This document shows positions 1-11,752 of a DNA stretch of 64,000 bases, piece after piece. Positions within the stretch are counted from its first letter, which is position 1. Every line of letters starts with the position of its first letter. The stretch is from Stegostoma tigrinum (lineage: Eukaryota), in assembly GCF_030684315.1 (NCBI RefSeq), contig NC_081396.1, forward strand, positions 5,208,001 to 5,272,000, read 5' to 3'. The notes below the pieces were generated by a model. It saw nothing but the letters and a program-made list of their open reading frames with translations, was not told the DNA's origin and did not search any database. A program made the translations under genes and the position numbers.

Positions 1-3000
1 CCTTGATTCTGTGGGCACCACATTTGCTTTACAACGCTTTTTACCCATGTCAAAATTCATTATTCGAAAGAGAATTTAATTTGATCTGCTACAATTGTCT
101 CCAGTTGTCAGTGGTCAGATAGTTGAATTCAGTCCATCTGGCACTTAAAAAGTGAACACAAAATACAGTGAAGTCTAATACATGTGTTACTGTCCTCTGC
201 TGCAGAACCTGCTATGGCTCAAATGAATGTGACACAGTAAAATTAACACTTGCTTTTGATATAAAGCAGTGAATATGCACAGGTACCTCATGCCAACAGA
301 AAGAGTGAAATATGAAGCTGTCCAAATATTACCCATTTGTTCCCTTATCTTTCAAGAGTTAAAATACAGAATGATTGTAGAATGATCCATGAAGTGACAT
401 TTATTGCTTTCCAACCTGCTTCCCCATTCTCAGCTAAGGTCTTGCCGAAATCATCTAATTTTAAATTTACTGGTGTTTTGTCAGACAGGTGTGAAAAAAA
501 ATCACAGAGAGAGAGAGAGAGAGAGAGAGAGAACGGCCCACAGTAGAAGTGATTGCTCTCAAGACAATGCAATCTTTGCTCCCATGTGACAGCAAACTTC
601 AGTGGAGGGCAGGAGGCAAGTAATCTGGTGGTATGAATCGCACGAGCCACCAAGTAGGATTACCCTTCTGTTATTTTCAGTCGATTAACTTAGCTCCCAG
701 AATGTCACTGCAACAGGCTTCAGGTTGTTGTGTTCGTGCCACATACCGTCAACTGGTTGACGCATTATAATTTAAGTGGGAAAGTTAAAGATAATCATCC
801 AACCTTTAGCCCTTAAATGACAAATCTTCCCTGCATCATGTAAATGCGAGATGATTACGATTTTTCACCGAGCAATTTCCCTGTTGACATCCACGGGCAG
901 TTTAATCACTGGCATCCCACAATCTGTATGCTGGAGGTTATCTTTGACAAAAGATTAAAGTGAATTATGCACGTGAATGCAAAGTCGTCTCGGCCAAAGC
1001 AAAGGTTGCGCTGATACCACAAATGTTTTCAAACCACTTACGACTGACTAGTCCGGAATGTGTAGGTATACTTCCTACCATCGTCAATCGTGCAGGCCTA
1101 ACTTAAATTCTATATCATCCATGACAAACCTATCCAACTATTTATTACCCATTTACTTCCCTCCAGTCTCTGGCAACTTGAACATAATAGGCACCATTGA
1201 CAGATTGAAGTTGAACATTCTTTCAAAGCTTCTTCACCAGCTCCTTCCAAACACAACAGTTTTGAAGGGAAATGGCAGGAATAGCATGGGAGAAGCAGAA
1301 CATGAATGTGTTTTCTGCAAGGCCACAATCAGTCTCGACATGAACACCAATCACCTTTCCTTCGTCACCACTGGCTCTAACTTCTGTAATTCAGCAATAA
1401 TGGGCTCTCGTTCTATCTACATCACACGAATTTTAATGCTTGAATGGGAAAGGACATAACTATTTTGTGGAGACCTGCAATAAGTTCGAAATAATTGTTG
1501 ACTTTCCAAATATGCTTAAATCCCCAGAGTGAAGAAATTCAATTTCCCCATACACTGTTTGACCGTCTGCTTCCTGTTCTTCTATACACCATTCTTCTGA
1601 AGAGATGATTCCTGTCTTCTATCGAAAAAATGCACACATTCTTCCTTTGATTCCTATTATTCTTGCCTCACACTTTAATGAATCACTGCAGTCCATGGTG
1701 TAGCTATATTGAAAATGATGTTAGGAGATGAGGTTGCAGAACTTTAACTCACCACGACCGAAGAAATGATTTTCATAACTCGAAGTCATGAAGGTAAAGG
1801 AGAACATGCACAAAACATTGCCTTGCGTTGGCTTCTCTCCACCATCTAGGCAGAACGTTGTGAGTTGAAAGGTACTGATGAAAAGACATCCCTGAGTTTT
1901 GACTAGACATGTTGTAGTTGGCAAAGTTTGTTGTTTTGTGGTATGGAGTGGCTCGGTGCGAGGTCTTAAATGTGATCGATCATGCACCCTTCGAGTACAG
2001 CTTTAACGTGAATGGTTTTGCGATTTTAAGGCGGAGTTCAATGTGTATTCAAACAGATATGTGGACAAAAATCCATCGTGTGCCTCACCTTTGGCGTTCT
2101 GCTAAAGGACAGGCTTCGGGATATTTAGATTCAATGTAGATTTCCCAAAATGCTGTACAATTATACATTATGCAGAATAAGGTCGTCAGAAAAAGAATGG
2201 TAGGGAATGGTGTCGAATTTGAATGGGTCTGCCATGCCCAAGCAGAAGTCTTCACTGTGCTCTCACCCTTCTATGCTAACCTTGAAAGAATAGTTCTTGC
2301 ATCTTTATATAAATTGGCAAAGAGTTTTGTGTTAATCAAAGGCAGTTGCTTTCATTAGAATGCAAGTATTCCAATCGATTTTGTGGTTTTCTTTCTGGGC
2401 ACTGGATACATCTGCTGAAGGCAGTGTCAGGCTTCATATACGTCACATTTTCATGGTATCTCACTGTAGTGTTCTTTGGATATTGAGGCACAGATTCCAT
2501 GTGATTGTTAAGCTAAGTAGGCTCTGAATATTGATGCCAAAAGATGAAAAACAGCCCCCTACAGGATAAACATGACAATCGAGTGTCTGACTGAAAGCAA
2601 TGGAAACATAAATAATGGTTTTCAAGACAATAGGACATAAACCCCATCACCATCTAACATAGGAGTTGCATTAGATAATCACTTCCAATGTGCTCTTGAG
2701 CTTCCATCTCTGCACGCTATGAGTGGAAATGCCAGTTTTGACAACATACAGAGCGGTTTTCTAAACTACGTCACAGTTCCACTGTTAGTACGGTGCCACG
2801 ATTCCACACAACATCATTTCAGTGGATTGTCGTTATCATTTTCTGGAATCTGCTGTGCGCAAACTAGCTGCCTGTTTTCCAACATGAAGACAGTGAGTAC
2901 ATATCAAAATCTTCTGTGGCTGTAAAGTGTCTTATGGTAGCTTGATAACACAAAAGGCTTAATGGAAATTAAAGTTTTCACTTCTTAATTTTCTATCGGA

Positions 3001-6000
3001 GAGACAGGGAGAGCGGGGGTGGGGGGAAATATCGGGAGGGGGAGAGAGAGAGAGAGACAGAGAGACAGAGACAGAGACAGAGAGAGACAGATGAAAAATC
3101 GAAGCCTAAATATGGGATTAAAAGTATTATTCTGAATGGAGGTTTACCCATCATGTCAGAAAAAAAGAACTGCAAATGTTGAAGACCTCAAACAAAAGAA
3201 GGCATACATTGACAGAGAATCTCAGCAGCCACAATCTATGAACAGAAAGCAGAATTATCTTTTCAATCTCAGTGAACCATCTTCAGAAAAATACTCCCAT
3301 CTGCCCTTTGAAATGGACCAACTCATTCGTCACTGGTAGATATATCACAAACACCTGCTCAAAGGGAGATGAAATGCCGTAATAAATGTTGACATTGTCA
3401 GTGGTGCTGACACACCATGAATGTTTTAATAAATCTCTGCTTCAGCTTCATCTTGATCAACATATCTCACTCTGGGCGCGACAGTGTGAAAGGGGGTGTT
3501 AGGATTCGAAATGGGGCACAGGAGATTACAATAGAATACAAAGCACCCATTATCTGTCCAATAGAGAAGGTGGATAAACAAAGATCGTCCTCCTTTGACC
3601 AATGTGACTTACAAGTGATGTAAGAGTATTGTATAAAGTTCTGATGGATTTTGTGCAGCAATGAGGAACAGGGTCCTTCCATTGGCAGGAAAAATAATCC
3701 TCAACACGAAGTCCACGATGGAATACAATCAGGAAGAAATTGTGAGGGAAGACAAAAATATCTTTCTTTCTCAAAATATCAATTACAAAGAACAAACAAG
3801 CGTAAGAACAGACTCTGTGGCCCTTAAAACCTGTGTTGACTCATTCTCCCCTAACACCCTAAAATTATCTCCACTTATGGGATTCGTAACACTCTATCCC
3901 TTTTCTATTCATGTATTCGTTCAGGTGCCTCTTGAATCTTGCTATTGTGTCTGCTTTACTACCTCCTCTGATAGCGCATTCCAGTCACTCCTTACTCTCT
4001 GTGTGGGAAAAGCTTGGCTCTCACAAATTGAACCTGTGTCCCATAGTAATTGAACCCTCTACCCTGGGAAAATAAAACCTCATACGTTTCACTCTATACA
4101 TGCCATTTACAATCATACATGGCGTGATATGGAATTCTCTGATAGAAAATGTGGTAGAAACAGAATCGAAGGCACGGAACACAAAGCTATTGGATTAGAA
4201 ACTGATTGAATAAAAACATTGCTATGCTTCAGGGGAAATAATTGGACAATGAGAATGTCTGGATCTTTCAAAGAGCTTCTCAGACAACACTGAAGATTCT
4301 TCGTTTGTTACACAGGAATTCCATTCTGTGCGGAAACTGCAGTCGACTACAATCTAACGCAAATTCTGCTGAAATAGACCATAGCCAGTTTTTCCTGAGA
4401 ACAGAATTGGGTTATGTCACTATGTTGGGGGGAATCGGGCGAATCCACAGATGTACAATGCCCTATCACTCAGCAGAAGAACAGTAGTGCTTAAAGCAGA
4501 CACTTTTGACAATGTGCGTAGTTCTTGATTTATTTTCATTACACATGTACTCAAGTACAGGAGAACTGTGCAAAGTGCATCATGTCGACAAATAAGTCGC
4601 CATATTAGCGAAAACTAGCAAGGTGCAGAATCTAAAGAGCAAATTAAATTTAAAGAGAAATAACAACGGGAAAAATTATACATTGCAATAATTATGGTAC
4701 AACGTAAGGCATAAAAAAACTAAGGTTGAAAATTACACATTCTCGATATTCTTATATTTAATTTGAAATTAAAGAAAAACACAAACTGAAAACTCAAACA
4801 TTAAATTCCTTCTTAAAAGCTTTCCTACAGTGTGAACACTTGTTGAAGAATTAGCTCGAGACTGGAACTCTGTACTGAGGTCACGCCGGGCTGAGAGACA
4901 GCTATTCCGGGTCAAAACATCGTCACGCTGGGCGGAAAGACCGCCATGCTGATCAGGGAAGTTACCGCACCAGGCTGGGAGGACGTCTTGCCCAGTCTGC
5001 GCTGAGACTGAGGCTGGGAGTCCGAGTCTGGGAAATGAAGGAAGAGAGAAGTGGAGAAAGAAAACACAAAAGAGAAGGAAAAAGGGAGAAAAATTGAAAA
5101 GGAAATGCATGGACCGGATGAGCTAGTGATGGTAAGGCATCCTACTTATCCTCCATCTTGGATTTCAGATGAGTACAGATTGTCAATTCTTTTTGATTTT
5201 CCTCCACAGTCACTGCCACTTCTCCAGCGATCATCTCTGGGAGAAATTCAAGAATCAATCAATATCATTACAGATCGCACCAGGCTCCTGTTGTCGAATA
5301 GCTACCTTGTGTTTTGGAAGTTTGACCGGCTTGCAAGACCGCTGCTGCTCACGAATAAGAGCTGATATCTTCCTGGGTCAAATCTAGTTTAAAGGTAGAA
5401 AGTATCATTTGGAACATTTCATTTTCCAAAGTTTGTCAAATAAATCCCATACAGATGTATGAAATTGTATGTAGGTGAGATTAACTAAAAGGGCGAATTC
5501 ATACACAGTATCCCTGTCAGTGGCAGTCTCAGTACACCTGTCCAGATTGATGTGTGACCAATACTATCTTTTGTCAGTAAGTTGATCAAGTCTCTCATAT
5601 GAGTAGTTCGGCCTGGAAACATCAATGCTTGGAACTTCAAAATGACGAGTCAAATTAAACCAATCAGGAATGGTGAATAACTCCTATCAGCACGAACACC
5701 CACCTTCCTGCCACCCACGCCCCCTATGGAGATATAGTAGCATATGAAGGAGAGTTCGAAACTGATGTGGATACGTAAAAAGAAATTAACTCCTGTCATT
5801 AACTTTTTTAAGTTTTGTATGTTTTTGAATACATAAAGCAGGGGAATATTTTAACGACACTGGTGCTGAAAGGGTTGTTGAAGTTCATAAAACCTGATTA
5901 TTTTTTCGAAGTGATGTTTACAGTTTTTTTTCATTCAAACAGTTGAGGTTTTAATTCCAGATGGGCTACACCAGGGAATATTTGAAAATTGGGATTCAGC

Positions 6001-6819
6001 CTGTCACAATTTGCTGACTGGATTGTGAAATAGTAAAAAATTGTAATTTACAAAAACCATATGCAGGCGGACAAGCATATCAGCAGTTCATGGGTAGCTG
6101 AACAGCATGCTGGTGTGACTGTATGACCAGAAGCGTTCGAAACTCCAAAGATGATTGATCACCATTTCACTCCTTCTGTAGTTAAAACACATATAAACAC
6201 TGAAGAAAGGCAGTTCTTTTTTCCTTATTAGTTTCCATAAGTTGTATTTACAACAGGTAACAAGGAGAGTTTACACATTGTGAAACAATTGCTCCATGCC
6301 TCCTGCATGGTAAAGTACCTGGTGAATCAATATTGAAGCACTGCAAGTCCTGACAAGCAAAACGATCAACTCCAAGAATACTGTCGATGAGGCAATGAAC
6401 TACTTTTGCCATAACTCTTCGTTTCCCCAACATTTAATGTCACCCTTCTTTTGTCCTCCCCAGTCTGTTTGCGTGTGAGATGAGTTTTGTAAGGGATTTT
6501 TCCTAAATACAGACACCTGACTATACGCACTGTTAGTCTGATCAAAAATACATTTAAGGTAGCATTTTGCATATTTCGATAACTATTTGAAACTTGATCA
6601 TTCCAGGAACAATGAATCTTGATTTCCAATGTGTTACCTCAATGCGATGTGACACATGTTAATTCATGCTCTGATTAATGGAGTCGCTGGTGATTTTGCA
6701 TCTATTTCCTGTACAGCTGCTCAGAGAAGTGGTCGCCAATCCTGGACAAATATGCTTAGTGAAATAAAGATAAATAACGAATTTAATGTTGCCAGCACAG
6801 GCATATCCAAGACGTAGAC

Positions 6820-7631
6820 AAAAATGCTCCTAACAGTTGTAACTAGACAGTTCAAAGACAATAGTTGCATTACACAGAATCAGTATAGACTGCTGAAAGA
6901 AAAATCATGCTCGACAAATGCACTGGAGCTTTATTACAATGTAACGATTAATATAGTTAATGGGGAACCAGTGAATGCAGTGTTTGTGGATTTCCAGAAG
7001 ATTTTGATAAGATATCACTCGGGAGATAAACAAACAGAATTGTAACGTACGGGATTGACTACATAGTGGAGGGTATTTAGAATTGGTATGAAGACAGATA
7101 AGAAATAGAGTGAGAGTACATGGGCTTTGTTCAGGTTGACAATATGACTACAGGGTCTCTCAAAGAGAAGGGTTTGACCCCAGCAATTCAAAATCTGTCT
7201 GCAGTAGTTGGATGTGGAGTCCAAATTCAGCTTTTACTTTTGACAACCGACACAAATTAGGTGGAAATGTCAGGTGCCAACTGGATTCAAAGTTATTTCA
7301 CGAGCATTTGTATACATTGCATGAGTGAGCAAGAACAAGTAAATACAAGATAATTTGAACAATGCAAATTTAAGCACGTTTTAAGAAAACATAATGCGTA
7401 GTATTTCTCAAATGTGAACCATCAGGAAATAATTCTGTGTAAAGAGGTGTGAGTGTTCTTTTCTGTGAAACACTGAAAGCTAACACGCAGAGGCAACAAT
7501 AGATGAACCAAATTGTTTTGCGTGTGAGACGATTTACACTCAGCAGTGAGGAAACTTGCTACAATTGTGTAGAGCCTTTTTGAAACCACATATGGAACAT
7601 TGTGTACAGTTCCAATACATTTATCGGGGGA
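6820..7631 (+). mobile_element. Old degraded CR1 ORF2 fragment, 5' part of the copy interrupted by the young LINE
   Basis: Decayed RT motifs (KSCSTNALE, VNAVFVDFQK, KPHMEHCVQF). It ends ...GGGGGAA and resumes at 13481 with GGATGTGATTGCA (the K-D-V-I-A of CR1 YRKDV). Confidence 0.8.
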
Positions 7632-7659
7632 ATAGAACATAGAACATAGAACATAGAAC
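7632..7659 (-). repeat. CR1 3'-terminal microsatellite (GTTCTAT)x4
   Basis: + strand ATAGAAC x4 directly after the 3' UTR; CR1 elements end in short tandem repeats. Confidence 0.9.
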
Positions 7660-7727
7660 AGTACAGCACAGAACAGGCCCTTCAGCCCACAATGTTGTGC
7701 CGACCATTGATCCTCATGGATGCACCC

Positions 7728-10700
7728 TCAAATTTCTGTGACCATATGCATGTCCAGCAGTCTCTTAAATGACCCCAATGACCTTGCTTCCACAACTGCT
7801 GCTGGCAACGCATTCCATGCTCTCACAACTCTCTGCGTAAAGAACCTGCCTCTGACATCCCCTCTATACTTTCCACCAACCAGCTTAAAACTATGACCCC
7901 TCGTGCTAGCCATTTCTGCCCTGGGAAATAGTCTCTGGCTATCGACTCTATCAATGCCTCTCATTATCTTGTATACCTCAATTAGGTCCCCTCTCCTCCT
8001 CCTTTTCTCCAATGAAAAGAGACCGAGCTCAGTCAACCTCTCTTCATAAGATAAGCCCTCCAGTCCAGGCAGCATCCTGGTAAACCTCCTCTGAACCCTC
8101 TCCAAAGCATCCACATCTTTCCTATAATAGGGCGCCCAGAACTGGACGCAGTATTCCAAGTGCGGTCTAACCAAAGTTTTATAGAGCTGCAACAAGATCT
8201 CACGACTCTTAAACTCAATCCCCCTGTTAATGAAAGCCAAAACACCATATGCTTTCTTAACAACCCTGTCCACTTGGGTGGCCATTTTAAGGGATCTATG
8301 TATCTGCACACCAAGATCCCTCTGTTCCTCCACGCTGCCAAGAATCCTATCCTTAATCCTGTACTCAGCTTTCAAATTCGACCTTCCAAAATGCATCACC
8401 TCGCATTTATCCAGGTTGAACTCCATCTGCCACCTCTCAGCCCATCTCTGCATCCTGTCAATGTCCCGCTGCAGCCTACAACAGCCCTCTACACTGTCAA
8501 CGACACCTCCGACCTTTGTGTCGTCTGCAAACTTGCTGACCCATCCTTCAATTCCCTCGTCCAAGTCATTAATAAAAATTACAAACAGTAGAGGCCCAAG
8601 GACAGAGCCCTGTGGAACCCCACTCACCACTGACTTCCAGGCAGAATATTTTCCTTCTACTACCACACGCTGTCTTCTGTTGGCCAGCCAATTCTGTATC
8701 CAAGCAGCTAAGTTCCCCTGTATCCCATTCCTCCTGACCTTCTGAATGAGCCTTCCATGGGGAACCTTATCAAATGCCTTACTGAAGTCCATATACACCA
8801 CATCCACAGCTCGACCCTCATCAACCTTACTAGTCACATCCTCAAAAAACTCGATAAGGTTTGTAAGGCATGACCTACCCCTCACAAAGCCGTGTTGACT
8901 GTATTTGATCAAGCCATGCTCTTCCAGATGGTCATAAATCTTATCCCTCAGAATCCTTTCTAACACCTTGCAGACGACAGACGTGAGACTTACCGGTCTA
9001 TAATTGCCGGGGATTTCCCTATTTCCTTTCTTGAAGAGAGGAATTACATTTGCCTCTCTCCAGTCCTCAGGTACGACTCCAGTGGAGAGCGAGGATGCAA
9101 AGATCTTCGCAAGTGGCGAAGCAATTGCATTTCTCGCTTCCCAAAGCAGCCGAGGACAAATCTGATCCGGGCCTGGCGACTTGTCAATCTTAATGTTTGA
9201 CAAAATTTTCAGTACATCAGCTTCCTCTATCTCTATCCATTCCAGCATGCACACCTGCTCTTCAAAGGTTTCATTCACTACACAGTTCGATTCTTTCGTA
9301 AAGACAGAAGCAAAAAACTCATTTAGGGCTTCCCCTACCTCCTCAGGCTCCACACACAAGTTCCCTATGCTATCCCTGATCGGCCCTACTCTTTCTTTGA
9401 CCATTCTCTTATTCCTCACGTAAGTGTAAAATGCCTTTGTGTTTTCCCGGATTCCTTCTGCCAAGCCTTTCTCGTGCCCCCTCCTGGCTCTCCTCAGACC
9501 ATTTTTGAGCTCCTTCCTTGCCTGCATGTAATCCTCTCTAGCTGAACTTGACCCTAGCTTCCTCCACCTTATGTAAGCTACCTTCTTCCTTTTCACTAGA
9601 AGCTCCACCGCTCTCGTCATCCAAGGTTCCTTTATCTTACCCCTTCTTGCCTGTCTCAGAGGGACATATTTACTCATCACTCCCAACAACTGTTCCTTAA
9701 ACCATCTCCACATGTCTATAGTTCCCTTACCATGGAACAACTGCTCCCAGTCCATGCTTCCTAACTCGTGTCTAATCGCATCATAGTTTCCTCTTCCCCA
9801 ATTAAATATCCTCCCATTCTGCCTAATCCTCTCCTTCTCCATAGCTATGTAGAATGAGAGAGTGTTATGGTCACTATCACCAAAATGCTCTCCCACCACA
9901 AGATCTGATACCTGCCCCGGCTCGTTTCCGAGCACCAAGTCTAGAATGGCCTCTCCCCTCGTCGGCCTGTCAACGTACTGCGTTAGGAAACCCTCCTGAA
10001 CACACCTTACAAAAACAGCTCCATTCAAATCTTCTGCTCGAAGGAGGTTCCAATCAATATTAGGAAAGTTAAAGTCACCCATTACAACAACCCTACTGCG
10101 TCCACACTTTTCCAAAATCTGTCGACCTATGCTTTCTACAATCTCCCTGCTGCTATTGGGGGGCCTGTAGTAAACCCCTAACGAGGTGACTACTCCCTTG
10201 CTGTTCCTAATTTCCACCCATACTGACTCAGCAGGCAGATCTTCCTCGACAATGGAAGCTTCTGTAGCTGTGATACTCTCTCTGATTAGTAGTGCTACAC
10301 CCCCTCCTCTTTTTCCCCCCTCCCTATTCTTTTTAAATGTTCTAAACCCTGGAACATCCAGCAACCATTCCTGCCCATGAGAAACCCATGTCTCTGTTAT
10401 GGCCACAACATCATAGCACCAGGTACTGATCCATGCTCTAAGTTCATCACTTTTATTCCTGATACTCCTTGCATTAAAGCAAACACACTTTAACCGATCC
10501 CTTGGTTCCTTCCCAGGAAAATCCTTCCCACTAGCTGGTCTACCTCTTGCTACTGCCTCACCTGCATCAACGCTCACCTCTGGTATACAGCTCAGGTTCC
10601 CACCCCCCTGCCATACTAGTTTAAACCCTCTCGAACTACTCGAGCAAACCTTCCACCCAGGACATTGGTCCCCTTCCAGTTCAGATGCAACCCGTCCTTC

Positions 10701-10736
10701 TTGTACAGGTCCCACCTTCCCCAGAAGGCATCCCAA
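7728..10736 (-). CDS. CR1 ORF2: APE-like endonuclease + reverse transcriptase. No AUG before the endonuclease; probably entered at ~10619 by a -1 frameshift
   Basis: EN motifs FNARS, ITETW, GGGVAL, YRPP, GDFN, LDLV, SDH. RT motifs NYRPVSLTS, QHGF, DFSKAFD, GVPQGSVLGP, FADD. CR1-type C-terminus (RPHLEYCVQFW, RVVRAWNALP). The track start at 10736 is TTG; the first ATG is at 10082 (residue 219). Confidence 0.96.
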   Translation of the reverse strand: MGCLLGKVGPVQEGRVASELEGDQCPGWKVCSSSSRGFKLVWQGGGNLSCIPEVSVDAGEAVARGRPASGKDFPGKEPRDRLKCVCFNARSIRNKSDELRAWISTWCYDVVAITETWVSHGQEWLLDVPGFRTFKKNREGGKRGGGVALLIRESITATEASIVEEDLPAESVWVEIRNSKGVVTSLGVYYRPPNSSREIVESIGRQILEKCGRSRVVVMGDFNFPNIDWNLLRAEDLNGAVFVRCVQEGFLTQYVDRPTRGEAILDLVLGNEPGQVSDLVVGEHFGDSDHNTLSFYIAMEKERIRQNGRIFNWGRGNYDAIRHELGSMDWEQLFHGKGTIDMWRWFKEQLLGVMSKYVPLRQARRGKIKEPWMTRAVELLVKRKKVAYIRWRKLGSSSAREDYMQARKELKNGLRRARRGHEKGLAEGIRENTKAFYTYVRNKRMVKERVGPIRDSIGNLCVEPEEVGEALNEFFASVFTKESNCVVNETFEEQVCMLEWIEIEEADVLKILSNIKIDKSPGPDQICPRLLWEARNAIASPLAKIFASSLSTGVVPEDWREANVIPLFKKGNREIPGNYRPVSLTSVVCKVLERILRDKIYDHLEEHGLIKYSQHGFVRGRSCLTNLIEFFEDVTSKVDEGRAVDVVYMDFSKAFDKVPHGRLIQKVRRNGIQGNLAAWIQNWLANRRQRVVVEGKYSAWKSVVSGVPQGSVLGPLLFVIFINDLDEGIEGWVSKFADDTKVGGVVDSVEGCCRLQRDIDRMQRWAERWQMEFNLDKCEVMHFGRSNLKAEYRIKDRILGSVEEQRDLGVQIHRSLKMATQVDRVVKKAYGVLAFINRGIEFKSREILLQLYKTLVRPHLEYCVQFWAPYYRKDVDALERVQRRFTRMLPGLEGLSYEERLTELGLFSLEKRRRRGDLIEVYKIMRGIDRVDSQRLFPRAEMASTRGHSFKLVGGKYRGDVRGRFFTQRVVRAWNALPAAVVEARSLGSFKRLLDMHMVTEI

Positions 10737-11551
10737 TTATCAACATATCTGAAGCCCTCCCTCCTACACCAGCTGCGTAGCCACGTGTTCAGCTGCGCCC
10801 GCTCCCTGTTCCTCACCTCGCTATCTCGTGGCACCGGTAGTAAACCAGAGAACACTACTCTGTTCGTCCTGCTCTGCAGCTTCCATCCTAACTCCCTGAA
10901 ATCACTTTTTATATCCTCAAACCTATTTCTGGCTATATCATTTGTGCCAATATGTAACACGATTTCTGGCTGTTCACCCTCCCCTTTCAGAACTTTATAC
11001 ACCCGATCGGAGACGTCCCGGACCCTGGCACCAGGGAGGCAACATACCTTCCGGGAATCCCGATCTTGCCCACAAAATCTCCTGTCGATTCCCCTAACTA
11101 TCGAGTCCCCTACCACGAGTACTTTTCTATTCTGCCCCCTTCCCTTCTTTGCCACAGTGTCAGGCTCAGTGCGAGAGAACTGACTACTATGGCTTTCCTC
11201 TGGTAGGTCAACCCCCCCAGCAGTATCCAAAACGGTATACTTATTGCTGAGGGGAATGCCCACAGGGGATCTCTGCACTGTCTGTCTGTCCCCTTTCCTC
11301 CCCCTAACTGTAACCCATCTATCCTCGTCCTGAGCCTTAGGAGTGACCAACTCCCGATAACTCCTCTCAATTACCCCCTCAGCCTCCCGAATGATCCGTA
11401 GTTCATCCAGCTCCAGCTCCATTTCCCTAACACGGTTTTCAAGGAGCTGTAGCTGGGTGCACTTCCCGCAGATGTAGCCAGCGGAGACGTGTGCCACATC
11501 TCCCAACTGCCACATTTTGCAGGAGGAGCAAGCAACTGCCCTAGCATCCAT
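10616..11551 (-). CDS. CR1 ORF1 (311 aa): CxxC...CxxC zinc-binding N-terminus, coiled coil, SGNH/GDSL esterase domain
   Basis: ATG at 11551 (MDARAVACSSC...YICGKC), heptad segment LQLLENRVREMELELDEL, SGNH blocks GDS / PGAR / GTND / DGLH, TAG at 10616-10618. It is the first sense-strand AUG of the element. Confidence 0.92.
   Translation of the reverse strand: MDARAVACSSCKMWQLGDVAHVSAGYICGKCTQLQLLENRVREMELELDELRIIREAEGVIERSYRELVTPKAQDEDRWVTVRGRKGDRQTVQRSPVGIPLSNKYTVLDTAGGVDLPEESHSSQFSRTEPDTVAKKGRGQNRKVLVVGDSIVRGIDRRFCGQDRDSRKVCCLPGARVRDVSDRVYKVLKGEGEQPEIVLHIGTNDIARNRFEDIKSDFRELGWKLQSRTNRVVFSGLLPVPRDSEVRNRERAQLNTWLRSWCRREGFRYVDNWDAFWGRWDLYKKDGLHLNWKGTNVLGGRFARVVREGLN
10619..10628 (-). promoter_or_regulatory. 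Putative -1 programmed ribosomal frameshift site (G_GGU_UUA_AAC) at the ORF1/ORF2 junction
   Basis: ORF1 frame reads GAG GGT TTA AAC TAG. The -1 frame reads TTT AAA CTA GTA TGG CAG, which is ORF2 (FKLVWQ). Confidence 0.7.
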
Positions 11552-11752
11552 ACCCCACTTATCTGAACACCCACTCAATACTAAAGCAGAAAGCTCACTT
11601 CAAGTAATAATAACAAATTAATAACAAACTTATGTTCAATAGAGAAAGTTTAGAATGAACCTTACCTTATTAACTAGGTTAGAGGAGGAGGGCGGGTGGG
11701 AGACACTACAGTTGTAGAGTCTCGGGTTAAGCCGCCTTGCTGATATATATGG

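Noticed and set aside
3417-3623. Signal-peptide-like ORF (MNVLINLCFSFILINISHS)
   Set aside because: Short, with no Ig or other motif following and no splice or RSS support.
8033-11574. Alternative-frame and antisense ORFs overlapping the LINE ORFs
   Set aside because: Shadow ORFs of the CR1 coding sequence with no independent motifs.
11675-11740. HDV-like or hammerhead ribozyme in the LINE leader
   Set aside because: A hairpin is present, but I could not fit the nested double pseudoknot or CUGANGA/GAAA cores.
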